From an uncultured Candidatus Binatia bacterium (GTDB taxonomy: Bacteria > Desulfobacterota > Binatia > HRBIN30 > CADEER01): a stretch of 60,438 nt of DNA. Under the pieces are notes generated by a model. It made no database searches, had not been told where the DNA came from, and saw nothing but the letters and a program-made list of their open reading frames with translations. The stretch spans positions 1 through 60,438 of the forward strand of contig CAYYWP010000004.1 in the NCBI GenBank assembly GCA_964475125.1. Reading direction: 5' to 3'. Each line of letters opens with the position of its first letter. The stretch's first letter is position 1. Positions 60,360 through 60,438 of the stretch are shown here, in pieces. Position numbers and translations under genes: made by a program.

Positions 60360-60438
60360 ATGGCGATCGCCTCCGGTTTCGTCGACTTGGTCGGCAACAC
60401 TCCGCTGGTCCGCCTGCGCGGGGCCTCGGCCCGCACCG
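60360..60438 (+). CDS. PLP-dependent cysteine synthase / cystathionine beta-synthase family protein (5' fragment, runs off the window)
   Basis: MAIASGFVDLVGNTPLVRLRGASART contains the family-typical GNTPLVRL opening. Only 26 codons are visible. Confidence 0.55.
   Translation, partial: MAIASGFVDLVGNTPLVRLRGASART

Noticed and set aside
1-60438. Searched for defence systems, prophage, integrons, tRNA/rRNA/tmRNA genes, and secretion-system or biosynthetic (NRPS/PKS/RiPP) clusters.
   Set aside because: I recognised no nuclease/helicase/methylase defence gene sets, phage structural genes, integrase, attC-like arrays, cloverleaf-capable tRNA segments or thiotemplate domains. The only toxin-antitoxin-like genes are decayed.

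Overview
High-GC (roughly 70 %) gene-dense bacterial chromosomal window. I saw no rRNA, tRNA or CRISPR array. Long antisense ORFs in the track are GC artefacts and were discarded.

Gene content, left to right:
- An orphan Mo-hydroxylase large subunit plus a GNAT.
- A divergent pair of paralogous lipoproteins, coupled to an M48/TPR protease.
- A secreted protein with a dockerin-like tail.
- A CaiB-type CoA-transferase and an F420/LLM oxidoreductase.
- A ~27-kb exopolysaccharide/glycosylation island (about 10.1-37.2 kb).
- A decayed RHH/PIN toxin-antitoxin pair.
- An acyl-CoA dehydrogenase and a second LLM oxidoreductase.
- A TPP-dependent 2-oxoacid/acetoin dehydrogenase E1alpha-E1beta-E2 set followed by a lipoate-protein ligase.
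- A ~1800-aa lipoprotein with Ig-like repeats, a G8 domain and a CEMIP/TMEM2-like beta-helix core.
- A RAYT-like HUH (IS200-type) transposase bracketed by inverted repeats.
- A form-II-type coxS-coxL-coxM Mo-hydroxylase operon.
- A single polypeptide made of three RidA/YjgF domains.
- A MATE exporter, an EEP-family lipoprotein, and the first codons of a cysteine-synthase-family gene.

The island carries marker genes of XrtA/PEP-CTERM-type EPS loci: a DUF3473 deacetylase, a FemAB-like protein, two AsnB-type amidotransferases, an O-antigen-ligase-like protein and stp-type GT4 enzymes, plus WecB and an NDP-sugar dehydrogenase. It has no exosortase, flippase or export genes in the window. It does have three large GT-C-like membrane proteins.

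Most unusual observations:
1. A REP-like hairpin plus four tandem 63-nt hairpin units sit in frame inside the lipoate-ligase gene.
2. The giant CEMIP/TMEM2-like lipoprotein.
3. A DUF2723 (TMEM260-type) membrane protein lies next to a tiny Cys-rich, TPTN-repeat protein that ends in a sorting-signal-like tail.
4. The triple RidA fusion, in which every domain lacks the catalytic Arg.
5. At least six distinct palindromic repeat/MITE families occur in 60 kb. One is a 169-bp MITE with perfect 35-bp terminal inverted repeats that supplies a stop codon.

All functional calls rest on motif recognition by eye. No searches were run.
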